The translations under genes were made by a program, and so were the position numbers. From assembly GCA_036517175.1 (NCBI GenBank), contig DATDXQ010000028.1:2113-66112 (forward strand): DNA of 64,000 bases. Reading direction: 5' to 3'. Under the pieces are notes generated by a model. It worked only from the letters and a program-made list of their open reading frames with translations, ran no database searches and had not been told where the DNA came from. Each line of letters opens with the position of its first letter. Position 1 is the first letter of the stretch. The DNA comes from Minisyncoccota bacterium (GTDB lineage: Bacteria > Patescibacteriota > Minisyncoccia > 2-02-FULL-40-12 > IGHO2-01-FULL-4-A). Shown here in pieces: positions 21,026 to 30,640 of this stretch.

Positions 21026-21060
21026 GGCCGGACCATACCACAGCAAACCAATCTTGTTAA

Positions 21061-22251
21061 CTAGACAAAACCTTCCAAAAATTTCGTTATTTTTTCTGCG
21101 ACTACCGCGTGACTGAAGTTTGTGGCTACATATTCTCTCCCGAATTTGCCCATTTCTTTGGCCATATTTTCATCAGAGATTATTCTAAATAAAGCTTTTG
21201 ATAATTCCTCCGGGTTACTTGCCTGAACCAAAAGACCACTTTTTTCATGAACCACAACCTCATCTATTGAACCCGTACGTGTGGCAACAACTGGCACACC
21301 ACAAGCGCTGGCTTCGGCCATAGCATAACCAAACTGCTCTTCCCAACCTCCTTGTGGTACGCTTGGATAAACAAATACGTCGACGACATTAAGCAACGCT
21401 GGTAGCTGATCATTGGGCAACCAGTCCAGAATAGTAATTTTGTCATTAAGTTCTAGATTCTTAATTTTAGATTCTAGATTCTGTTTTTCCGGCCCAGTAC
21501 CAACAAGAACCAATCTCGTATTAGAAATTGCGTTTTTATCAATAAGAAGCTTAAACGCATCAACAAGAATCTCAAGTCCCTTCCTTGTATCTAATGCTCC
21601 GTAAAACAACACGACCCTTTCTTCCATTTTAATTCCCAATTTATCACGCCAATCGCTTTCAATCCCTGGATGAAATCTTTCAACATCAACACCAGACAAT
21701 GGACAAACTAGTGTCTTAGACACCAAATCATGATTTGTGAACATTTTCATAATTTCCTGAGATTTTTGATTGCCACAGATAATTCCATCAGCCAAATTTA
21801 AGTTCATTCTTATTAATTTTGAGTAGATCTTAAGCTTAAAACCCGCTAGATATTTTTTAGGTTCCACATTTTGCCAAGTAAAAAATATAAATTTCATACC
21901 GCAAAAATTTGCCATCAAACCATTGAATAACGTGGTTAAAAGATAAGGTTCAGAGCACGAATACAAAACCTTACTTCCATATTTAAGCTTCAGATAAGGC
22001 AATAAAAAAAATATGCCTGGTAAAAAACCCTTAAACAAGCCCGTGATCCCACGTCCGCCAAAAGAAGCCGCAGCCAAACCATAAATTTTAAAACCCGCCT
22101 TTGATTCTAATTTAATTCTGACCTTACCCTTCTTTGCCAACCACAATCTAGGCAAAAGAAAAACCAGGTCATCTCTGTTTTCCATCTTCTCAAAAACCTT
22201 GAAATAATAAGGATAGGCGTAAGGGTGTCCAGTGATGACAATTTTATTCAT
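21061..22251 (-). CDS. GT4 glycosyltransferase
   Basis: RKGL, WEEQFGYAMAEASACGVPVV. Confidence 0.92.
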   Translation of the reverse strand: MNKIVITGHPYAYPYYFKVFEKMENRDDLVFLLPRLWLAKKGKVRIKLESKAGFKIYGLAAASFGGRGITGLFKGFLPGIFFLLPYLKLKYGSKVLYSCSEPYLLTTLFNGLMANFCGMKFIFFTWQNVEPKKYLAGFKLKIYSKLIRMNLNLADGIICGNQKSQEIMKMFTNHDLVSKTLVCPLSGVDVERFHPGIESDWRDKLGIKMEERVVLFYGALDTRKGLEILVDAFKLLIDKNAISNTRLVLVGTGPEKQNLESKIKNLELNDKITILDWLPNDQLPALLNVVDVFVYPSVPQGGWEEQFGYAMAEASACGVPVVATRTGSIDEVVVHEKSGLLVQASNPEELSKALFRIISDENMAKEMGKFGREYVATNFSHAVVAEKITKFLEGFV

Positions 22252-23323
22252 TTAGGAGAGTTGAGCTTATTTTTTTTATTAACCCTTCCAGATTGTGATT
22301 TTGAACAACTATATTTCTCAGATAATCCGACGCCGCAGCTCTCTCATCACCAGCAAGGTTCATAATATATTTTATACCGTCCGCCAATTTTCGATAGTCG
22401 CGCTTCGGGTACATAAGTTTTTCTCTGTATTCACCAAGTATATTTTCATATGCCTCATTACAAGTCAGCACAGGTAGACCACAAGACATCGCCTCAAGAA
22501 CCGCCTTGTCCAGACTACCCGTATGACTCATATTTACAAACAGATCACCTGAGAGGAGAAAATCAGGAAGGTCCTTATTGGCAATTGGGCCAATGAATTT
22601 AATTACATCCCCCAAACCCTTACTTGAAATTGTATTCTTTAATTTTTCAAGATAATCAAAATCTAGTGGGTTTATGGCGCTTCCAGCAACTTCAACACGC
22701 AGTCCAACGCCTTCGTCAATTAAAGCACTGATGGCTCCGATCATTGTATCGTAATCTTTTGAGAGGGCTATTCTGCCAACTGAAACAATCTTAAAGACAC
22801 CTTTTCCATCTCTTGTGTATCCATTTTTTGGTTTGAACTTTTCTACATCTATACCTTGTCCCACAATTCTAAGTTTCCTACTTGGCAAACGATAACCTTC
22901 TGGGGTTGATGCAAATGCGATATTGGTTAATCGGTCTGCAATCTTAAGTATAGTAGGCACATAGCCATGTGCATACCAAAGAGACATCTTTTTGCCAAGC
23001 AACTTCCACGCTGGCCAACCGAGGGGTATATATTGCGGATTCATGTGAGAAAAAACTGCATTGTAATCATGCCTATACGTCCAAATATATTTGTAGAATC
23101 TAAATAGATACTTTAATTTAACACCCGGCCCAAATCCACTATTTTTTTCTTTTCCAAGAGAGACAACTCTAACATTGCTAGGTAAGTCATAGTCACCAAG
23201 CTTCAAACATATTACCGTAACCTTGTCCCATCTTTTAGAAAACTCTCTTACCCACTCATGAAAAAATCCAAGAATGTCATTGTTATAGTCAATCTTTTGA
23301 GTTATTATTAGAATTCCTCGCAT
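22244..23323 (-). CDS. GT4 glycosyltransferase
   Basis: VGRIALSK, SLDKAVLEAMSCG. Confidence 0.92.
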   Translation of the reverse strand: MRGILIITQKIDYNNDILGFFHEWVREFSKRWDKVTVICLKLGDYDLPSNVRVVSLGKEKNSGFGPGVKLKYLFRFYKYIWTYRHDYNAVFSHMNPQYIPLGWPAWKLLGKKMSLWYAHGYVPTILKIADRLTNIAFASTPEGYRLPSRKLRIVGQGIDVEKFKPKNGYTRDGKGVFKIVSVGRIALSKDYDTMIGAISALIDEGVGLRVEVAGSAINPLDFDYLEKLKNTISSKGLGDVIKFIGPIANKDLPDFLLSGDLFVNMSHTGSLDKAVLEAMSCGLPVLTCNEAYENILGEYREKLMYPKRDYRKLADGIKYIMNLAGDERAAASDYLRNIVVQNHNLEGLIKKISSTLLNE

Positions 23324-23410
23324 TTTATGATACTACAATAAAAGCCCCCCTGATTCAATTCACAAATTAAAAGACGTCCATGAGGTCGTCTTTTAAAAAT
23401 CTAGATAGGA

Positions 23411-25072
23411 TTATATTTCCGTCACATAATCTCCAGATACCCAACCAGTCGTGCCATTCGATAATTTAACCTTATACCAACCATTGCTTATTTCCCAAAA
23501 ATCAATCTGCTGATCTGGAGATAGTTGTCCCAATATACTGCTGGATGTTGTGGCAGCTTGTCTAACCCTCAAGAAACTTATATTACTGAGAACCTTAAGA
23601 GTTCCCCCCACCCTCATTTTGGCAAATTCTTCTCCTGATATAATTTTTACATCCGCCCAATTATAACCGGCAGCGTTAAATTCGGCCAATGTTCTTATCC
23701 ACCTCAACGTGCCATCTGAACCAACAACATATACCTTAGGATCATTAACTTTCCTGTAAAGCTGCGGCGAAGACATCTCTCCTGGCGCAAAGCTCATACT
23801 AGTGAATTCATTTACCGATATTATCTTAACGTCCGACCATTTATAATTAGAGGCATTAAATTCCTCAAGAGTCTTTACCCAATGAAGTCCGTCATCTTTT
23901 TGAACATAGACCTTTGGATCGCCATCTTTTCTGTACAATTTCATTATTCCTGTCGTGGCTTCTGATGTCGGTGTCGGCTCAGGAGTTGTTTGCGTGAAAA
24001 CCTCAGGGGTTGCTGTAGGTGTTGGCGTGGGGGATGCGGCGTCCGCAATACTTCCGCCTCCACCGCTTGGAGCAGTCTTTGGAGGAGTAATGTCTGTAGA
24101 AACCTGGGCGTCTGAGTCGGATGTTCGATCAGTGTAGGTTACACTTGTAGTGTCGTATCCGGTCAAAACAAACTTAGCTGAGGTTCCCGTATTTGCAAGC
24201 GGCACAGAACAATACCAATTACCGTCTGAATTATTCGTACACGTTGTTCCAAAGCTGTCTCCGGCCGTTACAGTTCCTGTTGTAAATTTGTTGTTAGTAA
24301 AATCTCCACCAGATTCATAAACTCTAACTTTATGTCCAAAAGACAAACCACTTTCATCAACATCACTATCATCTCCAGTTCCGAAATCAATAGATTGAGA
24401 AGCAGTGCCGGATACTGTAAGAGTTCCGCTTGAAGTTGCCTTAACATAACCATCAGCCTCAGCGGTAACAGTGCCTCCACTAGTTGAACCGGCAATATAC
24501 TTCTTACCACCTCTATAAGACTCTGACGCAGTTGTTCCATTGTAAGATGCCGAAGCGCTAGAACCATCAAGAGTAATGGCTGTACCAAGCTCATCATCTA
24601 CACCGTTTATTACAATATTGAAATCCAAACTTGCATAAGTTGTAAATGGACTGGATGTGGAAGCGCCTGGAAAAGAAGCGTTAGTCCACTCTCTTACAAC
24701 CCAACCGTCAATAGATGCAGAAGCTCTTAATGTTTCACTTTCTCCTATGGTACAGCTAGCAGCTGTCATTTCCGCAGATGCTGAAGCCACCTTTATTATA
24801 CCATCACGCGCGTTGGTGCTTTCTGAAGCTGTGTTATCGTTAACTTGACCAAAACTGGAAGCGCCATCGCAGTACCACCTTATAGTCAATGTTCCGCCTT
24901 CGGACAAAAGATCGTTCAGTTCAGTGTCTATTCTAAACCAGACAAACTCTCCATCATCAGCGGCATGCGCTTTGTCTGAAAACAACAAAAAAGTCGCAAG
25001 TGTCGCGACAAAAACTGCAAATACAATAAAAACTCGACCTAGAGTTAAACTAGCATAAGATGAATTATTCAT
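23411..25072 (-). CDS. Secreted S/T-rich surface protein with two DPKVY repeats and a C-terminal bacterial SH3 domain
   Basis: Signal peptide (..AHA/A), PTPTP linker, 2x LYRKxxDPKVYV..W, LRVR..WYKV..GWVSGDYV. Confidence 0.8.
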   Translation of the reverse strand: MNNSSYASLTLGRVFIVFAVFVATLATFLLFSDKAHAADDGEFVWFRIDTELNDLLSEGGTLTIRWYCDGASSFGQVNDNTASESTNARDGIIKVASASAEMTAASCTIGESETLRASASIDGWVVREWTNASFPGASTSSPFTTYASLDFNIVINGVDDELGTAITLDGSSASASYNGTTASESYRGGKKYIAGSTSGGTVTAEADGYVKATSSGTLTVSGTASQSIDFGTGDDSDVDESGLSFGHKVRVYESGGDFTNNKFTTGTVTAGDSFGTTCTNNSDGNWYCSVPLANTGTSAKFVLTGYDTTSVTYTDRTSDSDAQVSTDITPPKTAPSGGGGSIADAASPTPTPTATPEVFTQTTPEPTPTSEATTGIMKLYRKDGDPKVYVQKDDGLHWVKTLEEFNASNYKWSDVKIISVNEFTSMSFAPGEMSSPQLYRKVNDPKVYVVGSDGTLRWIRTLAEFNAAGYNWADVKIISGEEFAKMRVGGTLKVLSNISFLRVRQAATTSSSILGQLSPDQQIDFWEISNGWYKVKLSNGTTGWVSGDYVTEI

Positions 25073-25132
25073 ATGCTAGCATTATACAACATAATATATA
25101 TATATATTAAAATATTGTGGATAACTCAACAT

Positions 25133-26275
25133 TTAAGACGCTGCTGACCCCCCTTCGGTTGCAATAAGTTTTTGTAATTCTTGAAAAAGTTTTTTTATTG
25201 CTGATTTTTTTTCAAAATTTTTGGAAATTTTAATGCCCTCAACCCCATATTTAGTCAAAACGTCAGGATGTGACAATAAATCCGATATTTTAAAGGACAG
25301 GTCACGCCAATCCCAATCAGCTATACTACCGCTTTCTCCATCAATAATCACATCTGGCACTATACCGACCATTGTTGCCACAACTGGTACACCGCAGGCC
25401 ATAGATTCTAACACAACCCTCGGACCACCTTCACTGTATGATGTCATCACCAAAATCTTAGATTTATTTATAAATTCAGCGACTTCTAGAGAATCCTTAG
25501 CCCAACCATACAGTACGACATTATCACCCAATTTTAAATTTTTAATTTTTGATTTTAGATTATGCCACTCTGGTCCTGTTCCGACAATTAGTAATTTGAT
25601 ATTTTGTATATTTATTTTTAGATTTTTAACAGCATCCAACAGGAGGTCAAGACCCTTGTTTTTATCCAAGCGACCAATAAAAATCAGATCATACTCCTTG
25701 ATTAAAGCCATCGGCCTAAACACATCGAGATCTATATAGAAAGAAGGGATATGTACTATTTTCTTAAGAGGAACACCTGATTTTAGTAAAAATTCCTGGG
25801 TTTGCCTTTGATTAACGACCCTCACCGCCAATGCCCTTGAAGAGTCGTATCTTATAAACAATCTCGTGGCAAACTTGTAAATTAGATCTTTAAAATTAGC
25901 ACTCTTTGGATACCCCGGAACATGGTGAGTCTCTAGAACATATGGGATCTTTATCTTGCCCCAAAGCAAGCGGGCCCCAATGCCATTGTAAAAGGGGGGG
26001 TACTCATGAACCATAATAATGTTAAATTTTTGTTCTAGAAATGTCTGTAAGCCCTTCTTGAATATCCATACAGGCTGTAACCACAAGGCCCAAGGAGATG
26101 GGTGGAGAAAAACATTGCCAAATAAAACTTCATTTTGTCTCTCGCCATTTACTGCTCTAGGAGATATTATGTCTATACGCTCCCAATACTTGTGAAATTC
26201 TTCCAGGGTATTATAAAATGCACCCTTCTTATCAAGAGATGTGGCACCATAACCGCTTATCATTAGTAGTTTCAT
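25133..26275 (-). CDS. GT4 glycosyltransferase
   Basis: IGRLDKNKG, EGGPRVVLESMACG. Confidence 0.92.
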   Translation of the reverse strand: MKLLMISGYGATSLDKKGAFYNTLEEFHKYWERIDIISPRAVNGERQNEVLFGNVFLHPSPWALWLQPVWIFKKGLQTFLEQKFNIIMVHEYPPFYNGIGARLLWGKIKIPYVLETHHVPGYPKSANFKDLIYKFATRLFIRYDSSRALAVRVVNQRQTQEFLLKSGVPLKKIVHIPSFYIDLDVFRPMALIKEYDLIFIGRLDKNKGLDLLLDAVKNLKINIQNIKLLIVGTGPEWHNLKSKIKNLKLGDNVVLYGWAKDSLEVAEFINKSKILVMTSYSEGGPRVVLESMACGVPVVATMVGIVPDVIIDGESGSIADWDWRDLSFKISDLLSHPDVLTKYGVEGIKISKNFEKKSAIKKLFQELQKLIATEGGSAAS

Positions 26276-27354
26276 ATTATTTTTGCAATATCCTTGGCTG
26301 CTTCTCTTAACCTAGCCGACGTTTCAAGACCAGCTTCAACAAATTGGTCCCTTAATACAGCATTACGCCAAAGAGCCTTAACCGCCTCTAGTATATTGAA
26401 TTCGTCATTATATCTTACAATAAAACCGTTCTCGCCCTGCCTGATTAACTCCGGATTAGCACCCACAGCAGTAGCCACTACTGGCACCCCAGCTGACATT
26501 GCGCGCAAAACAGTGCTGGAGGAAGGCTCATGACCACTGTTTAAAATAAGCAGGTCAGCAGCCAAGAAAAAACGACTCAATTCTTCTTCCTCTTTTATTT
26601 CGCCGACAAAAATCACCTTACCATTTAGACCAATGTTCTTTATCATAGATTCTAGAACCTTTTGCTCTGGGCCACTACCCATAATGACTAACCTAAAAAA
26701 CTGGTTAATTTCTAGAAGCTGCGGCATAATTTTTACAAGCATTCTAAATCCCATCCAAGGCACAAGCGGGCCCTTAGAAACAATCAAGGCACCCGGAATA
26801 CCTATTTTTTTTCTACATTCCTCTTTAGTCATGCCCGCAATATAAAAATCTGTTGGATAAATTAGTATTTTTATCTTAGTTGGATCTATACCCCACCCCA
26901 AAACTATTCTTGACATAAAAGAAGACGGAACCAATACAGAACCCGAAATTTCGCAGGATTTAATTTGTTTTTTGTTAATTGAAGAAGTGGTACCCTCTTT
27001 TTTTGATTTCTGGAAATCTCCAACAAGAAGATAATTGTCACCTCTTCTTATTGCCTCTCTCCAAGCGTAATCATCTTCAACCCAAACAACAAATCTTTTA
27101 TTGGCTCTTTGCGCCGCCTTAGCAGCTAACGATCCTGTACCAACAGGACTCAAGGCCATAACAACATCTGCTTGGCGAGCCAATTTTAATATTTTTAAAA
27201 AAACCACCATATTTCTTAGGGGCTGGGGTAACCAATGGTCAAAAGACGCAACAACAACACTGCAACTGACCGACAAGTCTAAGGCCAAACGATTTGGATC
27301 TATTGTACCAACACCAGATCTGCGCCATTCAGGAATTATTAATAATTTTTTCAT
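26272..27354 (-). CDS. GT4 glycosyltransferase (degenerate catalytic motifs)
   Basis: GT4 fold, but GPLVPWMG and EPSSSTVLRAM stand in place of GRL..K and E-x7-E. Confidence 0.8.
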   Translation of the reverse strand: MKKLLIIPEWRRSGVGTIDPNRLALDLSVSCSVVVASFDHWLPQPLRNMVVFLKILKLARQADVVMALSPVGTGSLAAKAAQRANKRFVVWVEDDYAWREAIRRGDNYLLVGDFQKSKKEGTTSSINKKQIKSCEISGSVLVPSSFMSRIVLGWGIDPTKIKILIYPTDFYIAGMTKEECRKKIGIPGALIVSKGPLVPWMGFRMLVKIMPQLLEINQFFRLVIMGSGPEQKVLESMIKNIGLNGKVIFVGEIKEEEELSRFFLAADLLILNSGHEPSSSTVLRAMSAGVPVVATAVGANPELIRQGENGFIVRYNDEFNILEAVKALWRNAVLRDQFVEAGLETSARLREAAKDIAKII

Positions 27355-27367
27355 AATAAAGCCGGAG

Positions 27368-28552
27368 TTAGCTGCGCAAAATGTCACCGCAACTTTTAGC
27401 TATAATATCCCAGTCGTAATTTTCTAAAACTAAATTGCTGGCATTTTTGATAATAATCTCTTTCAACTTAGGTTCCTGGCTCAATTTAAAAATCTGCCCA
27501 GCCAAATCTTCGGCATCATTGATCTTACAAAACAAACCAGTTTTTTCATTTTCCAAAAAATCTGGTATTCCACCAACGTTGGTACCAATAACGGGGACAC
27601 CAGCTGCCATTGCCTCTAGAAAGGCATTGCCCAAACCCTCTGATCGTGATGGCCTGACAAAAACTTCAGCGATCTTAAGATACTTAGGTAACTCGTCGTG
27701 TCCGACTGATCCAACAAATACAACCTTATCGCCTAGTCCCAAATTTTCAGCTCTAGATTCCAGACTGGGCCTTTCCTGACCGCTTCCCACGATGAGAAGT
27801 TTCATGTTTGTTATTTTATATTTTGTATTTAGGATACCCAGCGCCTCAATTAAAACATCTATAGCGTTCTTGGGCACTAGACGAGAAACACTTATAATTA
27901 TCTTTTCTCCTGGCTCTATACCCAGAGTCTCTGCTAGACCAGAGAGTTCTCCATAACTATAGTCCCTTTTGAAATTAGCGATATCTACACCGTTTGGCAC
28001 TCTTATAACCTTAGCTCTTTTATTTAAATCCTTGGCATAATTCTTTAGATAATTGCTTATGGCTATAACCACATCTGCTTTCTTTATGATAAGCCCTCTG
28101 AAAAAATTGAGTAAGAAACCTTGTTTATTAAAATCCTGGCCCTCCTGTAAATTAAGAATATAGCGAACTCTAGGATTAAAAAACTTAAATAACCAAGCAG
28201 CGCCCCCCCCCTGGGAGGCCTGCAAAGCATAAATCTTTTTATAAGGTCCCAATTTTTTTGACAGCTCCCTTCCCTTAAAATAGGCCATTATTGGATATAG
28301 AGCCTTAGGAATAAAGATCCTGGACAAGTTCAATCTAGATCCCACGCGGTATACAGTAGTGTTATTAATTTTTTCCTCAGTTGGAAGAAGTTTTTTGGGA
28401 TTTGAGGGATCTGGCAACCGAGAAGCGATCAAGTCAAAAGTTATATCTGGAAGTCGAGTCGCAATTTCATGGAATGCCAGTTCGGCTCCACCAATGTTGG
28501 GCAAATAGTTGGTTGCAAAAACCAATATTCTTTGGGTTGTATTTTTATACAT
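27368..28552 (-). CDS. GT4 glycosyltransferase
   Basis: PNIGGAE, SRLVPKN, EGLGNAFLEAMAAG. Confidence 0.92.
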   Translation of the reverse strand: MYKNTTQRILVFATNYLPNIGGAELAFHEIATRLPDITFDLIASRLPDPSNPKKLLPTEEKINNTTVYRVGSRLNLSRIFIPKALYPIMAYFKGRELSKKLGPYKKIYALQASQGGGAAWLFKFFNPRVRYILNLQEGQDFNKQGFLLNFFRGLIIKKADVVIAISNYLKNYAKDLNKRAKVIRVPNGVDIANFKRDYSYGELSGLAETLGIEPGEKIIISVSRLVPKNAIDVLIEALGILNTKYKITNMKLLIVGSGQERPSLESRAENLGLGDKVVFVGSVGHDELPKYLKIAEVFVRPSRSEGLGNAFLEAMAAGVPVIGTNVGGIPDFLENEKTGLFCKINDAEDLAGQIFKLSQEPKLKEIIIKNASNLVLENYDWDIIAKSCGDILRS

Positions 28553-28575
28553 TTTACTATATAATAGTGTCACAA

Positions 28576-29796
28576 ATGAACACTGGAATCAACCAGATAA
28601 TCTTACCTAATAACAAGAACCCGATAAGGGTTTTGTTTATTATTACCCAATCAGAACTTGGAGGTGCTCAAAGATTTATTTCACAGTTGTTGCCCAATCT
28701 CAGCAAGAATAACTTTGAACTAACCGTGGCCACAGGACGTGATGGCAAAGAGGAGCTACAATCTCTATTGCCCGCCAATACAAAGTACATCAATACCAAG
28801 AACCTGCGTCGCAATCCAAACCTACTTTCAGACATATTGTCCCTGTTTGAAATAAAAAAAATAATCAAACAGCTCAGCCCCGATGTTTTGTTTTTAAACA
28901 GTTCCAAGGCAGGATTCATCGGCTCCCTATCAGCTCGCCTATTGAAACCAAAGCAAAGGCAACCCAAAGTAATTTACCGAATCGGCGGCTGGACATTCAA
29001 TGACCCCTGGCCTTTGTGGAAAAAAATCCTATATCGATGGTTGGAAAAAATAAGCGCCAAATGGAAGGATTACATAATAGTAAACAACAAGCATGATTAT
29101 GATCAAGCCATCAAATTTGGGATAAAACCGCGAAAAAAAGTCGAGCTTATATATAATGGCATCGACCCTTATAAACTTGATTTTCTGGAAAAGGATGAGG
29201 CTAAGATAAGATTGTATGAAAAGCTGCCACCATCAGAAAAACACGGCAGTTTTTTGCACAAAGGCCTGCTCATAGGCACAATTGCTAATTTTTATCCCGC
29301 AAAAGGCTTAGAGTATCTAATTGATGCATTCTCCAGCATTCAATCACCCACTGCTAATTTAATAATTATCGGGGATGGTCAAGGAAGGCAGGATCTTGAA
29401 TCTAGAATTAAAAACCTAGGGTTAGAAAATAAGGTTTTTCTAGCCGGGCATATATTGAATGGGCACAAATACCTCAAGGCATTTGATATTTTTGTTTTGC
29501 CTTCAGTCAAAGAAGGATTCCCCTGGTCATTGCTTGAGGCGATGTCAGCCAAACTTGCAGTTGTAGCCACCAGCGTAGGAGCTATTCCAGAAATAATTGA
29601 AGATGGAAAAAATGGTTTTCTTGCACAACCAGCAAACGCACAAAGCCTAGCCAAGGCAATTAAGGAATTATATAGCAATGAGGATATGAGGCGCGAATTC
29701 GGCATCCAGGCTCATCAAACTATTATCCACAAATTTTCTCTCAACAAGATGGTCGAACAGACCAAAGAGATACTTCAGAAAGGCTTTTTGTGTTAA
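28576..29796 (+). CDS. GT4 glycosyltransferase
   Basis: GGAQ, KGLEYL, EGFPWSLLEAMSA; start reassigned to ATG 28576. Confidence 0.92.
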   Translation: MNTGINQIILPNNKNPIRVLFIITQSELGGAQRFISQLLPNLSKNNFELTVATGRDGKEELQSLLPANTKYINTKNLRRNPNLLSDILSLFEIKKIIKQLSPDVLFLNSSKAGFIGSLSARLLKPKQRQPKVIYRIGGWTFNDPWPLWKKILYRWLEKISAKWKDYIIVNNKHDYDQAIKFGIKPRKKVELIYNGIDPYKLDFLEKDEAKIRLYEKLPPSEKHGSFLHKGLLIGTIANFYPAKGLEYLIDAFSSIQSPTANLIIIGDGQGRQDLESRIKNLGLENKVFLAGHILNGHKYLKAFDIFVLPSVKEGFPWSLLEAMSAKLAVVATSVGAIPEIIEDGKNGFLAQPANAQSLAKAIKELYSNEDMRREFGIQAHQTIIHKFSLNKMVEQTKEILQKGFLC

Positions 29797-29820
29797 TTAA
29801 AAACGACCCCCATGGGTCGC

Positions 29821-30570
29821 CTACGAACAAATTTGTCCAACTTCCTCAATGTATAGTTTTGTAGCTTGAGTATCCAACAAATCATTGTTGTCCCTGATTC
29901 CGCTTTCTGCATCTGTACTAAGATCAAATTCCTTAATAAGCTTAGCCACTGGACCTAAAGTTTTATGGCTTAATGCACCTGCGATACCCAAACCAACAGA
30001 AGAAATTTTCTCCCTGATCGCCAAGATATAATCTCTAGCAACTTGAGAAACAATAGGTACACCCAATCCACCGCTTGGATCAAGAAGAACATAATCTATA
30101 ACATCCTCATACTCAGCTAGACGAGAGGCCAATTGCTCGGGAGAATTGTTGATTTCATCAAATGCCCGCTTGCCAACTTGCAAAACAATCTTGTTTGGCC
30201 ACTCATTCTTGTGTTTTAAAACTTCCTTATACGGCGGCCAGGCAATGTTTAATTGGAATCCATCTAAAAATGGTCCGCCCAGTTCCGACATGTCGTTGAG
30301 TTGCGCCGCCAGGGTTTCAGGTTCATCGGTGTTATAGTGGATTAGATTTAAAAACCTGTCATCATCCAAAAATATATGGCTGATATGACTAATCCTTGGG
30401 TATCTATTCGGCCGTTTGTTCGGCTGATTTCTTAACTTCTTTAGACTCGAAAGTACTCCAACCATAAGCAATCTTTTTGAATTGCTTGGAATGCAATCTA
30501 AAGCTATGACAACATCAGTGCTTCTCATAAAACCAGTTACACCAATATACGGCTTAGGACGATCTCCCAC
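29821..30570 (-). CDS. TrpF-like TIM-barrel protein
   Basis: FQLN, LLDPSGGLG, GIAGALS, DAESGIR resemble PRAI phosphate-binding motifs. Confidence 0.55.
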   Translation of the reverse strand: MGDRPKPYIGVTGFMRSTDVVIALDCIPSNSKRLLMVGVLSSLKKLRNQPNKRPNRYPRISHISHIFLDDDRFLNLIHYNTDEPETLAAQLNDMSELGGPFLDGFQLNIAWPPYKEVLKHKNEWPNKIVLQVGKRAFDEINNSPEQLASRLAEYEDVIDYVLLDPSGGLGVPIVSQVARDYILAIREKISSVGLGIAGALSHKTLGPVAKLIKEFDLSTDAESGIRDNNDLLDTQATKLYIEEVGQICS

Positions 30571-30640
30571 AAAATTTCTCCTTTTTAAAACAGCCTATTT
30601 AACTTAATACAACATCCATCATATGTAAAGTTAAAATAAA

